Shown here piece by piece: positions 9,741 to 18,431 of a stretch of 64,000 nucleotides of DNA (positions within the stretch are counted from its first letter, which is position 1; each line of letters opens with the position of its first letter). The notes under the pieces were generated by a model. That model was not told the DNA's origin. It searched no databases and was given only the letters and a program-made list of their open reading frames with translations. The DNA is from Bacillota bacterium (GTDB taxonomy: Bacteria > Bacillota > Dethiobacteria > DTU022): NCBI GenBank assembly GCA_011389985.1, contig JAABTH010000009.1, forward strand, positions 32,837-96,836, given 5' to 3'. A program made the position numbers and the translations under genes.

Positions 9741-10406
9741 ATGGATGTAATCACTCTGGCAGAAGTTCAGAATAACATACAGGTAAAAACTTTAATAAAG
9801 AAAGCTGACGAAAACTTAGGCGCACTGGGCTATACCGAACATGGCTTTCGGCATTGCCGCCTTACGGCAAAAGCTGCCTGCAGGGTAATATCTGAATTAA
9901 AAGGAGATGCCCGGGAAGCCGAACTTGCCGGCATAGCCGGTTTTATACATGACATAGGTAACGTGATGGGCCGTCGCGAGCATGATGTCGCAGGAGCAAT
10001 CATGGCTTTAAGAATACTGCAGGATATGGGTATGCCGCTTGAAGAAGCGGCCGATGTGGCAGCGGCAATCGGGAATCATGATGAAGAAGAAGGTCGCGTT
10101 GTGAACAGGATTACAGCTGCGCTCATTCTGGCCGACAAATCTGATGTGCATCGCAGCAGGGTCCGTAACCGGGATATTTCAACTTTTGATATTCATGACC
10201 GGGTTAATTATGCTGTTGAGGAATCGCGTCTGAATATTGATCCTGATAAGAAAATAGTTACTCTGTTTTTACGTATCGATACCAGCATGAGCCAGGTCAT
10301 GGAATATTTTGAGATATTTTTATCACGCATGGTGATGTGTCGCAGAGCGGCATCTTTTCTCGATGCCCGCTTTGCATTGATCATAAATGAAGTAGATTTA
10401 CTATAA
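9741..10406 (+). CDS. HD-domain phosphohydrolase
   Basis: EHGFRH...HDIGN...HD...LADKSD. Confidence 0.85.
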   Translation: MDVITLAEVQNNIQVKTLIKKADENLGALGYTEHGFRHCRLTAKAACRVISELKGDAREAELAGIAGFIHDIGNVMGRREHDVAGAIMALRILQDMGMPLEEAADVAAAIGNHDEEEGRVVNRITAALILADKSDVHRSRVRNRDISTFDIHDRVNYAVEESRLNIDPDKKIVTLFLRIDTSMSQVMEYFEIFLSRMVMCRRAASFLDARFALIINEVDLL

Positions 10407-10449
10407 ATTCCAATAGGAATCGTAGAAATGAATGGAGAGTGGTGTGAAG

Positions 10450-11688
10450 ATGAAACCGGCAATTAAGCCGGGCCGCCTGATGATTTTGATTCTGGTCAGC
10501 CTTTTAATTATAGCCTCCGGCTATTTTGCATTCACCAATGCTGCTGACAGGGAAGATGGCATCAAGCGCGGCCTTGATATTGCAGGAGGGCTTTACGTGC
10601 TGCTGGAAGCTGTGGAAACGGGTGACCAGGAGCTCGATGAAGATGCTATTGAGCGTGCGATAACCGTTATCCAGATGCGCGTGGATGAGCTGGGTGTGGC
10701 TGAACCTATTATAGCTGCCCAGGGAGATAACAGAATTCGGATAGAACTGCCTGACATCGAAGATGTTGAACAGGCCCGGGATATTATCGGGCGAACAGCT
10801 ATGCTTAAATTTGTCGGGCCAGACGGAGTCGAAATTTTAACCGGCGCCAACCTGGTCAGGGCCCGTGCGGAAAGAGCTCCAGAGGTTACTCCCTATCCTT
10901 TTATCAGCTTGGAATTTGACCAGGAAGGATCTCAGCTCTTTGCTGAAGCTACTGCTAAATTTTTAAACCAGCCGATTGCCATTATACTTGATGACGAGGT
11001 TATATCGGCCCCCAATGTAGCGGCGGTAATTACCGATGGGAAAGCTGTAATTGAAGGCAATTTTGGCTTTGAAGAGGCGGCAAACCTGGCATTGCTTCTG
11101 CGCAGCGGCTCTTTGCCCGTTGAACTTCGCGAGCTTGAATCGCGGATGATTGGCCCCACCCTTGGTCAGCGGACTGAAGAGATTGCCGTTTATGCTGCGG
11201 CGATAGGTCTGCTGCTGGTTTTACTTTACATGATAATTTACTACCGGATTGCCGGTATTATTGCCGGAGTAGCCCTGGTTTTTTATCTTTCCCTGGTATT
11301 ATGGGCGCTTAACTACCTGCCGACAACGCTTACACTGCCGGGTATAGCCGGCTTGATTCTTTCAATCGGTATGGCTGTCGATGCCAATGTAATTATTTTT
11401 GAGAGGATCAAAGATGAGCTTCGTTCAGGAAGAACTCCCCGCAGCGCTATGGAAGGTGGATTTCAAAGAGCATTCAGGGCGATCCTCGATGCGAATGTTA
11501 CTACCCTTATTGTTACTGTAGTCCTCTTTAGCCTTGCCAGTGGTCCGGTCAGAGGTTTTGCCGTAACTTTATTTATTGGCATTATTTGCAGTATGTTCAC
11601 AGCTATAGTTTTAACCCGTATCCTGATGCGCCTTGCTTTTCAGGCCGGACTCATCCGCAGCGGGGCCTATGTGGGGGTGAAAATATAA
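10450..11688 (+). CDS. secD: Protein translocase subunit SecD
   Basis: GLDIAGG, RVDELGVAEP, IGMAVDANVIIFERIKDE. Confidence 0.96.
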   Translation: MKPAIKPGRLMILILVSLLIIASGYFAFTNAADREDGIKRGLDIAGGLYVLLEAVETGDQELDEDAIERAITVIQMRVDELGVAEPIIAAQGDNRIRIELPDIEDVEQARDIIGRTAMLKFVGPDGVEILTGANLVRARAERAPEVTPYPFISLEFDQEGSQLFAEATAKFLNQPIAIILDDEVISAPNVAAVITDGKAVIEGNFGFEEAANLALLLRSGSLPVELRELESRMIGPTLGQRTEEIAVYAAAIGLLLVLLYMIIYYRIAGIIAGVALVFYLSLVLWALNYLPTTLTLPGIAGLILSIGMAVDANVIIFERIKDELRSGRTPRSAMEGGFQRAFRAILDANVTTLIVTVVLFSLASGPVRGFAVTLFIGIICSMFTAIVLTRILMRLAFQAGLIRSGAYVGVKI

Positions 11689-12608
11689 TGTTCAATTTTA
11701 TTGGTAATCGTCGTAAAGCTTATTTATTGTCAGCCGTAATGGTAATAGCAAGCATTCTGTCACTGGCCATATTTGGCCTTAACCTGGGCATTGATTTTAC
11801 CGGAGGAACCGTTTTGCATTTAAATCTCGGTGAAGATTTTTCAATGGAAGAAGTAGAAGCAGTTATGGCTCCTTTTGAAGAGTTGAGCGGAGCCTCAGTT
11901 CAGATTGTCCAGGCCAGGGATATCACCGGTGAGTTAGCGGAAGAAGGGGTGGTAATTAAAGCGCCGTACATAGAGGAGAGCAGGCGTGATACCCTGATGG
12001 ATGCCTTCAGGGCTAAGTGGCCAAATCTTGATCGAGGCGATCTCAGGATCGAAAGTGTAGGTGCTGTTATCGGCAGTGAACTTGGCCGGCAGGCTTTTAT
12101 ATCTCTTGTTGTTGCTGTTTTTCTGATGGTAATCTATATTACCTTCAGATTTGAGTTTAAATTTGCCGTTGCCACTATTGCTGCACTGCTGCACAATATA
12201 GTAGTTGTAGTAGGTATATTTTCCATTTTGCAGATGGAGATTAATGTTCCTTTTGTTGCAGCCATCCTAACTGTTTTCGGATATTCTGTAAACGATACGA
12301 TAGTTATCTTCGATCGGATTCGTGAGAATATTGTACGCAGGCGCAAGAGCGACTATGCTGTAGTAGTTAACGAGAGTATCAACCAGAACCTGATGCGTTC
12401 AGTTAATACATCTCTTACAACCTTATTTGTATTAGTGGCCCTGCTTTTTGGGTTTCACTATTATATCGGCAGTTTAGATCTAATCGTATTTGTCGTTGCC
12501 TTGATCCTGGGTGTTTTCATCGGTACATATTCGTCGATTTTTATCGCCAGCCCGCTTTGGCTAAACCTTCATGATCTTAAATTAAAAGGTTCTCGCAAAG
12601 CTGCCTGA
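11688..12608 (+). CDS. secF: Protein translocase subunit SecF
   Basis: GIDFTGG, RFEFKF, GYSVNDTIVIFDRIREN; TAATG stop-start overlap with secD. Confidence 0.96.
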   Translation: MFNFIGNRRKAYLLSAVMVIASILSLAIFGLNLGIDFTGGTVLHLNLGEDFSMEEVEAVMAPFEELSGASVQIVQARDITGELAEEGVVIKAPYIEESRRDTLMDAFRAKWPNLDRGDLRIESVGAVIGSELGRQAFISLVVAVFLMVIYITFRFEFKFAVATIAALLHNIVVVVGIFSILQMEINVPFVAAILTVFGYSVNDTIVIFDRIRENIVRRRKSDYAVVVNESINQNLMRSVNTSLTTLFVLVALLFGFHYYIGSLDLIVFVVALILGVFIGTYSSIFIASPLWLNLHDLKLKGSRKAA

Positions 12609-12628
12609 TAAAAATAGGAGGAATTAAG

Positions 12629-13069
12629 ATGAGCTCCTTTTACCTGATTTTAGCTTTGATTTTTAGTCTGCTTATTGCGATTATCGCCTTGGCTAATAAT
12701 GATACCGTTACTGTAAGCTATCTATTCGGCCGCTGTGATGTTTCACTGATTCTGCTTATCCTTGGTTCAGCCTTTGCCGGCGCTCTGGTCGTTGGGCTAT
12801 TCAGCCTCTTTCGCACAATCCGTTCGGCTTTTGCTTTCAGGGAAATGCGACAACGGCAGGAAGCTCTTCAGAAACAGGTTAAGAGCCTTGAAGAAGAAAA
12901 GCTATTCCTCGAAGCCAAGTTAAGCAGGCATTCCTCTGTTCCGGAAGACGAAGAACCGCTAAAAACCGAAGGAACTGAAACAGAAACAGGGCAAGATCAT
13001 AAAAATAATCAAAGTGAAAGTGATTCGGATCATAACGGAAATGAAGGGGTGGAAAATAACCCTTCATGA
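12629..13069 (+). CDS. LapA/DUF1049-family membrane protein with an acidic tail
   Basis: Two N-terminal hydrophobic segments (..ANNDTVTVSYLFG..LSLLILGSAFAG), coiled coil, acidic C-terminus. Confidence 0.7.
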   Translation: MSSFYLILALIFSLLIAIIALANNDTVTVSYLFGRCDVSLILLILGSAFAGALVVGLFSLFRTIRSAFAFREMRQRQEALQKQVKSLEEEKLFLEAKLSRHSSVPEDEEPLKTEGTETETGQDHKNNQSESDSDHNGNEGVENNPS

Positions 13070-15498
13070 GTTTTCGCGGTAGACGGTGGATCTGGCCTGA
13101 AACAGAAGATAATGGCTTTATAAACAAGTTGGCTGAGCAGCTTGATCTGACCCCGGCTCTTGCCCGGCTCTTACACAACCGGGGGATATCTGATCCCCGG
13201 AAGGCCCGGGCATTTTTGGATCCAACGCTGGAACAGCTTTACAGCCCATGGAAGATGCTGGGCATGGATGCCGCTGTCAAGAGAATTGTCAAAGCAATTG
13301 AATCGGGCGAAAAAATAATTGTTCATGGTGATTATGATGCTGACGGTATAACCGCCACGGTTATACTGGTCGAAACACTGCGGGCTCTTGGCGGTAATCC
13401 AGATTTCTTTTTGCCGAGCCGTTTTGATGAAGGATACGGTCTTCACGTTGAACCTCTCAGGCAGTTCAGGGAGGCCGGTGCCGGCCTGGTGATAACTGTT
13501 GACTGTGGCATAAATGCGGTTGAAGAGGCTGCATATGCTTCCGCTATCGGTCTTGATATGATTATTACCGACCATCATCAGCCCCTTTTTCCGCTGCAGG
13601 GCCCTCTTGCCATTATCAACCCGCTTCAGAAAAACTGTTCTTACCCCTTCAAAGAACTTTCAGGGGCCGGCATTGCTTTTAAACTGGCAACCGCTCTTTA
13701 TGAAAAATCGGGCAAATCTTTTCCCGGGCATCTTCTCGATTTGGCTGCACTGGGAACTGCGGCTGACGTAGTTTCTTTGTTAAATGAAAACAGGGTGTTA
13801 GTCTCTTCAGGGCTTGAAGTATTGCGCCGTCTGGATCGGGTTGGTTTCAAAGCGCTCATTGATACTGTCAGTCTTGCCCCTGAGCGGATTAACAGCAAAA
13901 CATTGTCATTTATTCTTGCCCCTGCAGTTAATGCGGCCGGGCGTATGGGCGAAGCTCTTCCCGCTGCCGAACTGCTGCTTGAAACTGATATGTCTCGTGC
14001 AATCGGGTTGGCTGCTAAACTTGACCGTGCCAACCAAAAGCGCCGTTCAACAGAGCAGGTAATTCTCCGTGATGCTACAGCCGCGGCTTTGGAACAGATG
14101 GCCGCTGCCGATCAAATGGTTATCACTCTTGCTGCAGACAACTGGCATCATGGAGTAATCGGTATAGTTGCTTCACGTTTGGTCGAAAAGTTTAATCGAC
14201 CGGTTGCTCTAGTTGCCCTTGACGGTGATGAGGGACGCGGTTCGGCGCGCAGTATTCCCGGTTTTGACATTACCGAGGCACTGGCCAGTTCTTCAGATTT
14301 CCTTTTAAGGTTTGGCGGGCATGAGCAGGCCGCCGGTTTTACCGTATCCCGGGAAAAGATAAATGAATTAAGGGAAAGTCTAAACCGTTATGGATCAGCC
14401 AATATAAAAGAAAGCGATCTTACGCCGCAATTGTATTTGGAAGCGGAACTGCAGGAAGATGATATCAGTCTGGATTTTGCCTCCAGTCTTAGCATAATGG
14501 AACCTTATGGTACTGCTAATTCCCTTCCTCTTTTTGGGAGCCGCTCCTGGGAACTCTTGTCGTGGCGGTCTGTAGGCGCCGATAAAAGCCATTTGAAGCT
14601 TAAGATGAGAAAAAAATTAAGAACAATTGAACCCATCTTTTTTTCTGCAGCCAACCTTGAAGAGAAGCTTGAAAAGGGCCGCAGACTGGATTTGGCCTTC
14701 AGGTTAAAAAAAGGTTACTTCCGGCAGCAGGAGACTCTGGAAGTTGAAATAAAAGATTTAAACTATAGCGATGAAGCAGGTTATCTTGGGTTAAAGATAA
14801 TCGATAAACGTTTCGGTCGCGACCGTTTAAAATGCCTGGGGACAATACTGGCAGACGATAACATCCGGGCGGTAGTATTTACTGCAACAAATTCGCGACT
14901 ACACCAGGTAAAAAGTAAATGTTCGCCGGCAAATTCCGCTAGCTATATCAGCAGCGGCTCGGGCAGCGATTTTCAGGATTATCCTGATCATATCAATACA
15001 GTTATTCTTTTCGACCTGCCTTTATCACCGGAAATCATTAAACCGCTTCTGAACAGGCGGGATAACTCTGGCCAACTCACGATTTACCTTCTCTATAGTG
15101 AAACAGATCTCCAGGTGAACCGCACTATAATTGACCACACCCTGCCGGATGCGGAAAATCTCGCAGCCATCATCAATGAGTTGGAGCATAATAATGTCGT
15201 TAAAATTTTCGATGATTTATCATTGGCAGCAGGTAGCGCAGTTGCCTATCAGCCGGCGGCGGCCTTTTGGGAGAGAGCAGCTAAAATACTTTCTGAAACC
15301 CAAATAATTTCTGCTGATAGTACTCTCTCGGGCGAGAGAGATAAGATCCTCAATGCCTGGGTTGATGCGCTTAATAGTTCCCCCACATATAAAGCTTCAG
15401 TTAAACTGAGAGAAGAATGTGAGCTCTTTCAGAAAGTGCTTCTTGAGAGCAATCCTGCCGAACTGGCAAAATATCTTTACAATTATATATCCGGTTGA
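13066..15498 (+). CDS. recJ: ssDNA-specific exonuclease RecJ with a Firmicute-type C-terminal extension
   Basis: GDYDADG, TVDCG, TDHH, LGTAAD, NAAGR, GSARS, GGHEQAAG. Confidence 0.96.
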   Translation: MSFRGRRWIWPETEDNGFINKLAEQLDLTPALARLLHNRGISDPRKARAFLDPTLEQLYSPWKMLGMDAAVKRIVKAIESGEKIIVHGDYDADGITATVILVETLRALGGNPDFFLPSRFDEGYGLHVEPLRQFREAGAGLVITVDCGINAVEEAAYASAIGLDMIITDHHQPLFPLQGPLAIINPLQKNCSYPFKELSGAGIAFKLATALYEKSGKSFPGHLLDLAALGTAADVVSLLNENRVLVSSGLEVLRRLDRVGFKALIDTVSLAPERINSKTLSFILAPAVNAAGRMGEALPAAELLLETDMSRAIGLAAKLDRANQKRRSTEQVILRDATAAALEQMAAADQMVITLAADNWHHGVIGIVASRLVEKFNRPVALVALDGDEGRGSARSIPGFDITEALASSSDFLLRFGGHEQAAGFTVSREKINELRESLNRYGSANIKESDLTPQLYLEAELQEDDISLDFASSLSIMEPYGTANSLPLFGSRSWELLSWRSVGADKSHLKLKMRKKLRTIEPIFFSAANLEEKLEKGRRLDLAFRLKKGYFRQQETLEVEIKDLNYSDEAGYLGLKIIDKRFGRDRLKCLGTILADDNIRAVVFTATNSRLHQVKSKCSPANSASYISSGSGSDFQDYPDHINTVILFDLPLSPEIIKPLLNRRDNSGQLTIYLLYSETDLQVNRTIIDHTLPDAENLAAIINELEHNNVVKIFDDLSLAAGSAVAYQPAAAFWERAAKILSETQIISADSTLSGERDKILNAWVDALNSSPTYKASVKLREECELFQKVLLESNPAELAKYLYNYISG

Positions 15499-15679
15499 TT
15501 TTTCTCGCATCAGCTCACTTTTCTACAAACAACGGTAAAAGCAAGTCTGCAGTAAAGCTCAGAGATTAATTTGCCCTGCAGCTTATCAAAACAGGCTGGC
15601 GATGGGGCTATAGTATTTATAGTTATTTTTTAGTATTATATAGTTCAAGTAAATAACGATAAGCAGGGTAGTGGAATGT

Positions 15680-17872
15680 ATGCCAGTAAGAGAAAAAAAA
15701 CTGATTGAACTCAAGAAAAATATCCAGCGCTACTATCCCAATCTGGAAGATTGGGCCATGGTAGAAAAAGCTTACGAGTTTTCGCTAAAAGCGCATTCGG
15801 GACAGCTGCGTGAATCAGGGGAATCATATATTATTCACCCACTTGGTGTTGTCCTTATTTTAGCTGAGTTGGAACTTGATCTTGTTACGATTATTGCCGG
15901 TCTCTTGCATGATGTTGTTGAGGATACTGAGGTTACCCTCGATGATATCCGCCATGAATTTGGCGATGAAGTGGCTGCGCTGGTTGATGGGGTTACCAAG
16001 CTGAGCCGTCTGGATTTTACATCGAAGGAAGAACAGCAGGCGGAAACCCTGAGAAAAATGTTTATTGCCATGGCCCAGGATATTCGTGTGGTATTAATAA
16101 AGCTGGCTGACAGAACCCATAACCTCAGGACACTGCGTTATCTGAACACCCACAAGCAAAAAGAGATTGCCCGTGAAACCATAGAAATTTATGCTCCACT
16201 AGCACACCGCCTGGGGATCTATATGATCAAATGGGAGCTCGAAGATTTAGCCTTCCGCTATATGCAGCCAAACGAATATTTTCAACTGGTGGAAAAATTG
16301 GCTAAGAAAAGGCGTGAAAGAGAACATTTTATCAATCGCATTATCTGGATCCTGCAGGATCACCTCTCGGAGTCTTCGATACAAGCTGAGATACAGGGGC
16401 GCCCCAAGCACCTTTATAGTATTTATAATAAGATGAAAAGTCAGGGTAAGGATTTAAACGAAATCTACGATCTCACCGCGATACGGATTATAGTTGATTC
16501 AGTTAAAGATTGCTACCATACCTTAGGAATTGTTCATACCATATGGAAACCGATTCCCGGACGTTTTAAGGACTTTATTGCCATGCCAAAACCGAACATG
16601 TATCAATCACTGCACACCACTGTATTTGCTGCAGAAAATGAGCTTGCCGAAATCCAGATCAGAACCTGGGATATGCACCGTACTGCTGAATATGGTATTG
16701 CTGCTCACTGGCGCTACAAGGAGAAAGTAAAAAACTCCGGCGAGCTTGATGAAAAACTAACCTGGCTGCGCCAGCTGTTGGAATGGCAGCACGACTACCG
16801 GGATGCCCGGGATTTTATCAAAGACCTTAAAGGAGATCTCTTTACTGATGAAGTCTTTGTATTTACTCCCAAAGGTGATGTAGTCGATCTGCCCGCGGGC
16901 TCTGTAACTCTGGATTTTGCCTATAAAATTCATACCGATATCGGTAATCGCTGTACCGGGGCAAAAGTAAATGGCAGGTTGGTTCCCCTCGATTACCAGC
17001 TTAAGACAGGTGATATGGTCGAGGTCGTTACATCCAAGCAGGGTTCACCCAGCCGTGACTGGCTTAACCTGATTAAAACCCCTCACGCAAAAAATAAAAT
17101 ACGCAGTTGGTTTAAAAAAGAACGACGTGAAGAGAATATAGAAAAAGGACGTGAAATGATTGAAAAAGAGATCAGACGGGTAACCGTGGAACAGAGAATC
17201 TCTTTTAAAAACGATATTCTTGAAGATGTCGGGCGTTCATTCAATCTTCTCTCTGTTGACGATCTTTATGCTGCCGTTGGTTATGGCGGCGTCTCAGTCC
17301 ATCAGGTGATCAGCCGGCTTCGCGAAGAATATAAAAAAAGGCAGAGTGACAAAGGCAAGGAAGAAAGCCTGCCTGAACTAAAACCGATGAAGCATTTGAA
17401 ACAGGGATCACCCGGTGTTTCAATAGAGGGTATGGATGGTCTTTTAATGAGAATAGCCCGCTGTTGCAACCCTGTGCCCGGTGATGACATCGTCGGATTT
17501 ATTACCAGGGGCCGTGGTGTTACGGTTCATCGTCGTGATTGTCCCAACCTTGTGCATTATAGCAAAGAAAACGGACGTCTTCTCGATGCAGAGTGGGGCA
17601 GTGCTGATGGTGCTTCATACCCTGTTGAGATCGAAATTAATGCTAACGACCGGAAAAACTTATTAGCTGATATTATGTCGGCTGTAAATGAAAGCAAAGT
17701 CGATATGACTGCTGTTTCTGCGAAAGCTGATAAAAACAGAACTGCTACAATTCATATGACAATGATAATTCGTGATCAGGTTCATCTCGATCAGATCATG
17801 AGCAAGATTCGCAAAATAAAAGATGTTTATTCTGTCCGACGCTATGTTTATGGATCGGGTAGTGAAAAATAG
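15680..17872 (+). CDS. relA: Bifunctional (p)ppGpp synthetase/hydrolase Rel
   Basis: HDVVED hydrolase motif, GRPKHLYSIY, YQSLHT, TGS and ACT domains; alternative GTG at 15671. Confidence 0.97.
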   Translation: MPVREKKLIELKKNIQRYYPNLEDWAMVEKAYEFSLKAHSGQLRESGESYIIHPLGVVLILAELELDLVTIIAGLLHDVVEDTEVTLDDIRHEFGDEVAALVDGVTKLSRLDFTSKEEQQAETLRKMFIAMAQDIRVVLIKLADRTHNLRTLRYLNTHKQKEIARETIEIYAPLAHRLGIYMIKWELEDLAFRYMQPNEYFQLVEKLAKKRREREHFINRIIWILQDHLSESSIQAEIQGRPKHLYSIYNKMKSQGKDLNEIYDLTAIRIIVDSVKDCYHTLGIVHTIWKPIPGRFKDFIAMPKPNMYQSLHTTVFAAENELAEIQIRTWDMHRTAEYGIAAHWRYKEKVKNSGELDEKLTWLRQLLEWQHDYRDARDFIKDLKGDLFTDEVFVFTPKGDVVDLPAGSVTLDFAYKIHTDIGNRCTGAKVNGRLVPLDYQLKTGDMVEVVTSKQGSPSRDWLNLIKTPHAKNKIRSWFKKERREENIEKGREMIEKEIRRVTVEQRISFKNDILEDVGRSFNLLSVDDLYAAVGYGGVSVHQVISRLREEYKKRQSDKGKEESLPELKPMKHLKQGSPGVSIEGMDGLLMRIARCCNPVPGDDIVGFITRGRGVTVHRRDCPNLVHYSKENGRLLDAEWGSADGASYPVEIEINANDRKNLLADIMSAVNESKVDMTAVSAKADKNRTATIHMTMIIRDQVHLDQIMSKIRKIKDVYSVRRYVYGSGSEK

Positions 17873-17882
17873 AAAGGAACTC

Positions 17883-17911
17883 TTGCAGTAACTTATTTTA
17901 TTATATATAAT
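17883..17911 (+). promoter_or_regulatory. sigma-A promoter for dtd-hisS/aspS
   Basis: TTGCAG-17 bp-TATAAT. Confidence 0.65.
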
Positions 17912-17956
17912 TTTATTTTAGCTGTTTATGGTTAAGCTTTAAAAGCGGAGGCTTTA

Positions 17957-18406
17957 ATGAGAGCAGTAGTGCAGCGAGTTCACAGGGCCAATGTAACAGT
18001 AAAAAATGAAATGATTGGAGAGATCGGTCCCGGCCTGGTAGTATTTTTAGGTGTGGGACATGAAGATGAAAACAAAGATGCCGATTACCTGGCATCAAAA
18101 ATAGCAGCACTGCGTATATTTGAAGATGATGCCGGCCTGATGAATCTTTCGGTGCAGGAAAGTGGCGGTTCAATTCTTTCTGTATCACAATTTACCCTCT
18201 TCGGAGACTGCCGTAAAGGGCGTCGACCTGGTTTCTCGTCCGCTGCACCGCCTGATAGAGCTAAAGAACTTTACGATTATTTCTGTGAGCGTCTGCGTTT
18301 AAGCAATCTCAATGTGGCGACCGGTCAGTTTCAGGCCGAAATGCGAATTCTGGTTGATAATGACGGACCGGTGACAATGCTGCTTGACAGTAAAAGATTA
18401 TTTTAA
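17957..18406 (+). CDS. dtd: D-aminoacyl-tRNA deacylase
   Basis: MRAVVQRV, VSQFTL, GRRPGF, NDGPVT. Confidence 0.97.
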   Translation: MRAVVQRVHRANVTVKNEMIGEIGPGLVVFLGVGHEDENKDADYLASKIAALRIFEDDAGLMNLSVQESGGSILSVSQFTLFGDCRKGRRPGFSSAAPPDRAKELYDYFCERLRLSNLNVATGQFQAEMRILVDNDGPVTMLLDSKRLF

Positions 18407-18431
18407 GAAGTTATCGGAGAGGAGCACAAAG

